Part shown: piece by piece, positions 60,886 to 64,000 of the stretch | Position numbering within the stretch: the stretch's first letter is position 1 | How the letters are laid out: the number at the start of each line of letters is the position of its first letter | Assembly (NCBI GenBank): GCA_051294905.1 | Contig: CM119378.1 | Span: 20,460,001 to 20,524,000, forward strand | Direction of reading: 5' to 3' | DNA length: 64,000 nucleotides | Source of the DNA: Botryllus schlosseri | Lineage: Eukaryota | Translations under genes and position numbers: made by a program | Notes under the pieces: model-generated | Databases searched by the model: none | What the model was told of the DNA's origin: nothing | The model's input: only the letters and a program-made list of their open reading frames with translations

Positions 60886-63879
60886 GTATGAAATAAACAT
60901 TGTGCCATGAAACCAATTAATACAAAATGCATTGTAATTAAAAAAATCGAATCAAATTCTCACATCTTTGAAATTCATAACATAAGGTTCAGACCGAAAC
61001 ACCCGTATAAACGTATACAGTATATGATCTGACTTGCCTCAACCAAAGTGAGACTTTGATATTGCAACCAAGGCAGATTTTCTTCAAAATTAACCCAAAC
61101 TATACTTTCGAATCTGGCTATGCTATGCGGAAAATGAATCTATGTGCATGGTCTGCCTAATTGTACGCCCAGGTAACATGCATTGCAAGGAACTGCAGAT
61201 CCAATCATGTCAGGTCCGGATAAAATCCAATGCGGTTAAAATTCTCCAACATCTTCTCAATATATCTCAAAGCTAATAACGTTCTAGCTAGACGATTACA
61301 TATAGTACGCAAAATTACGAGATAGCAGAATGGTGCACATGAAGAGAGCCCAAATTAGGGAAGAAATAAGACATTCTGCGAATGCCATGCAATATTTTAA
61401 AAAGACTCTCATCATTGGACGTGAAATATCATAATATGAACGGAGATTCCCATCGTGTTATCATCTCAACTAAATATGAAATGTAAGATAGGCTTTTTCG
61501 TACCACGGAGAATTCTCAAAAATTCGAATTTGCATATCGCAATACAGGTGGCCTCAACGGCATATAATGAGACGGTAGTTATCCTATATCGGAGAATACT
61601 CCTATTATAGTTGTGGGAATAATGCTCCGCTAACAAGCTGCTGTTTTTTTTTTGTACGCGGTACCTTCATAAAGTCTGAATTTGGATACGGTAACTGAAA
61701 TGTTATTATCTACCATTACTAGGGAATTCGCGACGTCATCATTGTCTCCTGCGTTTTATTAAGAGGACATGAGATTACGGGAACATTTATGATATAATTT
61801 TACAGCAAATGGGACTTGTTATGAGATGACGTCACTCTAAGGTTACCCGGATCGTGAAATATTACCCCGCACGGCCCGTTGATCATGAACATTTCTATGA
61901 AATGACTGCATGGTTGCTGTGATATAACGTAAATATTCAATTCGACATTTCACCTTCACAATTGTGACGATTTCATATCACTACCAGGAGTCCTTGTTGA
62001 ACGTCTTCTTTACCAGTTAATGTCTTATTCATGCATTACCTGCTATGTAAATATTCCATGCAGTCCAGAATAAATATATATTGATTAACTTAAGCATGTA
62101 TTCTATACCACATCCAACTTTCATTCATCGATCCGTGATGATTATAGTGGTAAACATACGAATATATTGCATCTCGTCCAGATAGAATTTATACCAACAC
62201 GATCTGAATCTAAACAGGTATCACGGGCTAAGTCTGAGGTACAATTTGAAACAGGGGTATTTGACCCATCTTGAAATATAAACAAAACGACTATGCATTT
62301 CTTTTCTTGTGATCTAGAAAAAATATGACATGCTCGCTGGTTTATGCATCCTGACCTAGAAGTTGCATTGATTTAGCTGCTGGCGAAATCCAAACTTGAT
62401 ACATATTAATGATAGAATGGCGTAAATAAAATCTTATACAGCACAAGTATTACGACTGAAAAAGGTACACCTCTATACCTATTGCTTCAGATTTATAAAT
62501 AAAAAAAACCGTACAAATGTTCATAGTAAACTGAATACCTAGGCGCTATCGGCAGTAATATATTAATAGCCTATACCCTGCAATCGCGCTGACCAAGACA
62601 TATCTATCTGATGCAGTGGCGGACATATTTGGAACACACATCTACTTAGCAGCGCTGCCCTAATGAAGTTAATACTCCATAATGTAGTTTATATATAGCT
62701 GGTAAACTGCAGATACTAAGCGAGACATACTTAACTAACTTAAATGGGAAAATAACCCAAGTATATGAAGAGTACACATCTTATATTTAAGTACATATCT
62801 ACCGAATGTTGTTGCATGTTAGAAGTCCTATATTGTCGGTCAAATTTCAGTTTTTTTTTAGCGTTTCATTCGTCAATTGTAACAACATGAAAAAATATCC
62901 AAATCCTCACAACAACATATACACAGGCTGCGATGATCCGTTCAAACAAAGTCATCCTGACGAATTAACAATCGTTATCTCATACGTCAGTCATATCTGA
63001 CGAAAAAAAGTCAATCCCCAATATTCAAAGATCGATTCGCAAAACCACTTTGATATTCATCGCACCCGTAATTAAAATACATTGGCTCCTACCCCCACAA
63101 CGCATTCGCTCGCAAAGCGCTTATAAGTTAGATGAATCTGGCGTAAATCAGGAATCGAATTTATGCGCATAGTGAACATGAATTATGGAAAGTCAAGTTC
63201 ATTTAGTATTCTCCCGGGTAGGAGGGATTGATATCTTGATATCGCAATAATTGGCGCATACCATACGCTTTCCCGCGAACAAAAGACGAGGTATAGCATA
63301 ATGATAACGTCAAAGATATGTCTAACGCTATGATCTATATTACATACCGCCAGCCTTATAAATATTTCTGTAAGATATCACGTTGGCGATACAACGCAAA
63401 GCAAAAAAGTTGGTTGATGTTGCAACGAGCCCTCATGCCGCACGCTGTAAGCAGCTACTACGATGGCACTACACAATGATACACATTAACACCGATGTGT
63501 ATATAACAGGCGAGAGTTGTCTGTAATCAATTATGATATCTTATTCATTTGACCCGGTGTGTTTCACACATGTGAATTTATACATTCGAGATATCTACTG
63601 ACTATACGCGAGGGGCACAGCTGTAAATCACAATCATAAACATGTAGCAATTGCATACATCATTCAATTGTATATTGAAGTTCTGTACCTCCAAGAAGCT
63701 CTTCAAACGTAGCAATCAAACATACTAACCAGAGATCGGCAATCTTTTCAACTCTGAGGACTGGTTTCAAAATGGACCATGCTGCGCAATTGTCCCATGA
63801 TGCAGCTCGTCATGTCAACGTGTCGAGAACGTATACTGAACGTACAAGATTTGGTCGAGACCGCTTACTTGATTGCTTG

Positions 63880-64000
63880 AAATTGACTTGAAAATTTGTT
63901 ATCGAGTTACGAGTGAATCCCCATTTTTGAAATGCCGAATCAAGTCAAGTCACCTTGAAGGCTGACTCGAGTCAACCCATGAATCGAGCCGTTCCAGTAG
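63880..64000. mobile_element. GACTCGAGTC-family fragment at window edge
   Basis: caagtcaagtca...gactcgagtcaacc...gaatcgagcc motifs as in 2645-3087 and 25490-25745. Confidence 0.45.

Overview
Eukaryotic genomic DNA from an intron-rich, TE-rich invertebrate bilaterian; the species cannot be identified from the sequence. The window is dominated by one minus-strand gene, a Turtle/IGSF9-family cell-adhesion receptor (signal peptide, Ig1-Ig5, FN3, FN3, continuing off the left edge). I reconstructed 12 coding exons by hand (50599-50721, 37998-38166, 35825-35998, 9423-9565, 7235-7364, 6845-6950, 5707-5885, 5082-5224, 4508-4765, 1944-2115, 930-1217, <1-403). All have GT-AG boundaries and compatible phases, and together give 2288 nt of open frame (762 codons + 2 nt). 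Four of these exons are missing from the supplied ORF track. Main oddities: (1) a 183-nt exon-like unit in the 26-kb Ig1-Ig2 intron with an in-frame stop followed 21 nt later by an in-frame ATG for a second signal peptide, giving either an Ig1-less alternative-promoter isoform or a cassette that splits the receptor into secreted Ig1 plus an Ig2-onward receptor; (2) a 36-aa acidic loop with an RARR furin-type site inserted in FN3-2; (3) two splice acceptors 8 nt apart at the Ig1 exon; (4) an ETS-CRE composite promoter at 60.7 kb that may be bidirectional; (5) a 1.7-kb foldback element with ~640-bp tandem-repeat-containing inverted arms and an intact 8-bp TSD. The introns also hold hAT-type MITEs (three with perfect 8-bp TSDs), tRNA-derived SINEs, minisatellites and short tandem duplications. 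No prokaryotic features, rRNA, intact tRNA or CRISPR array were seen.
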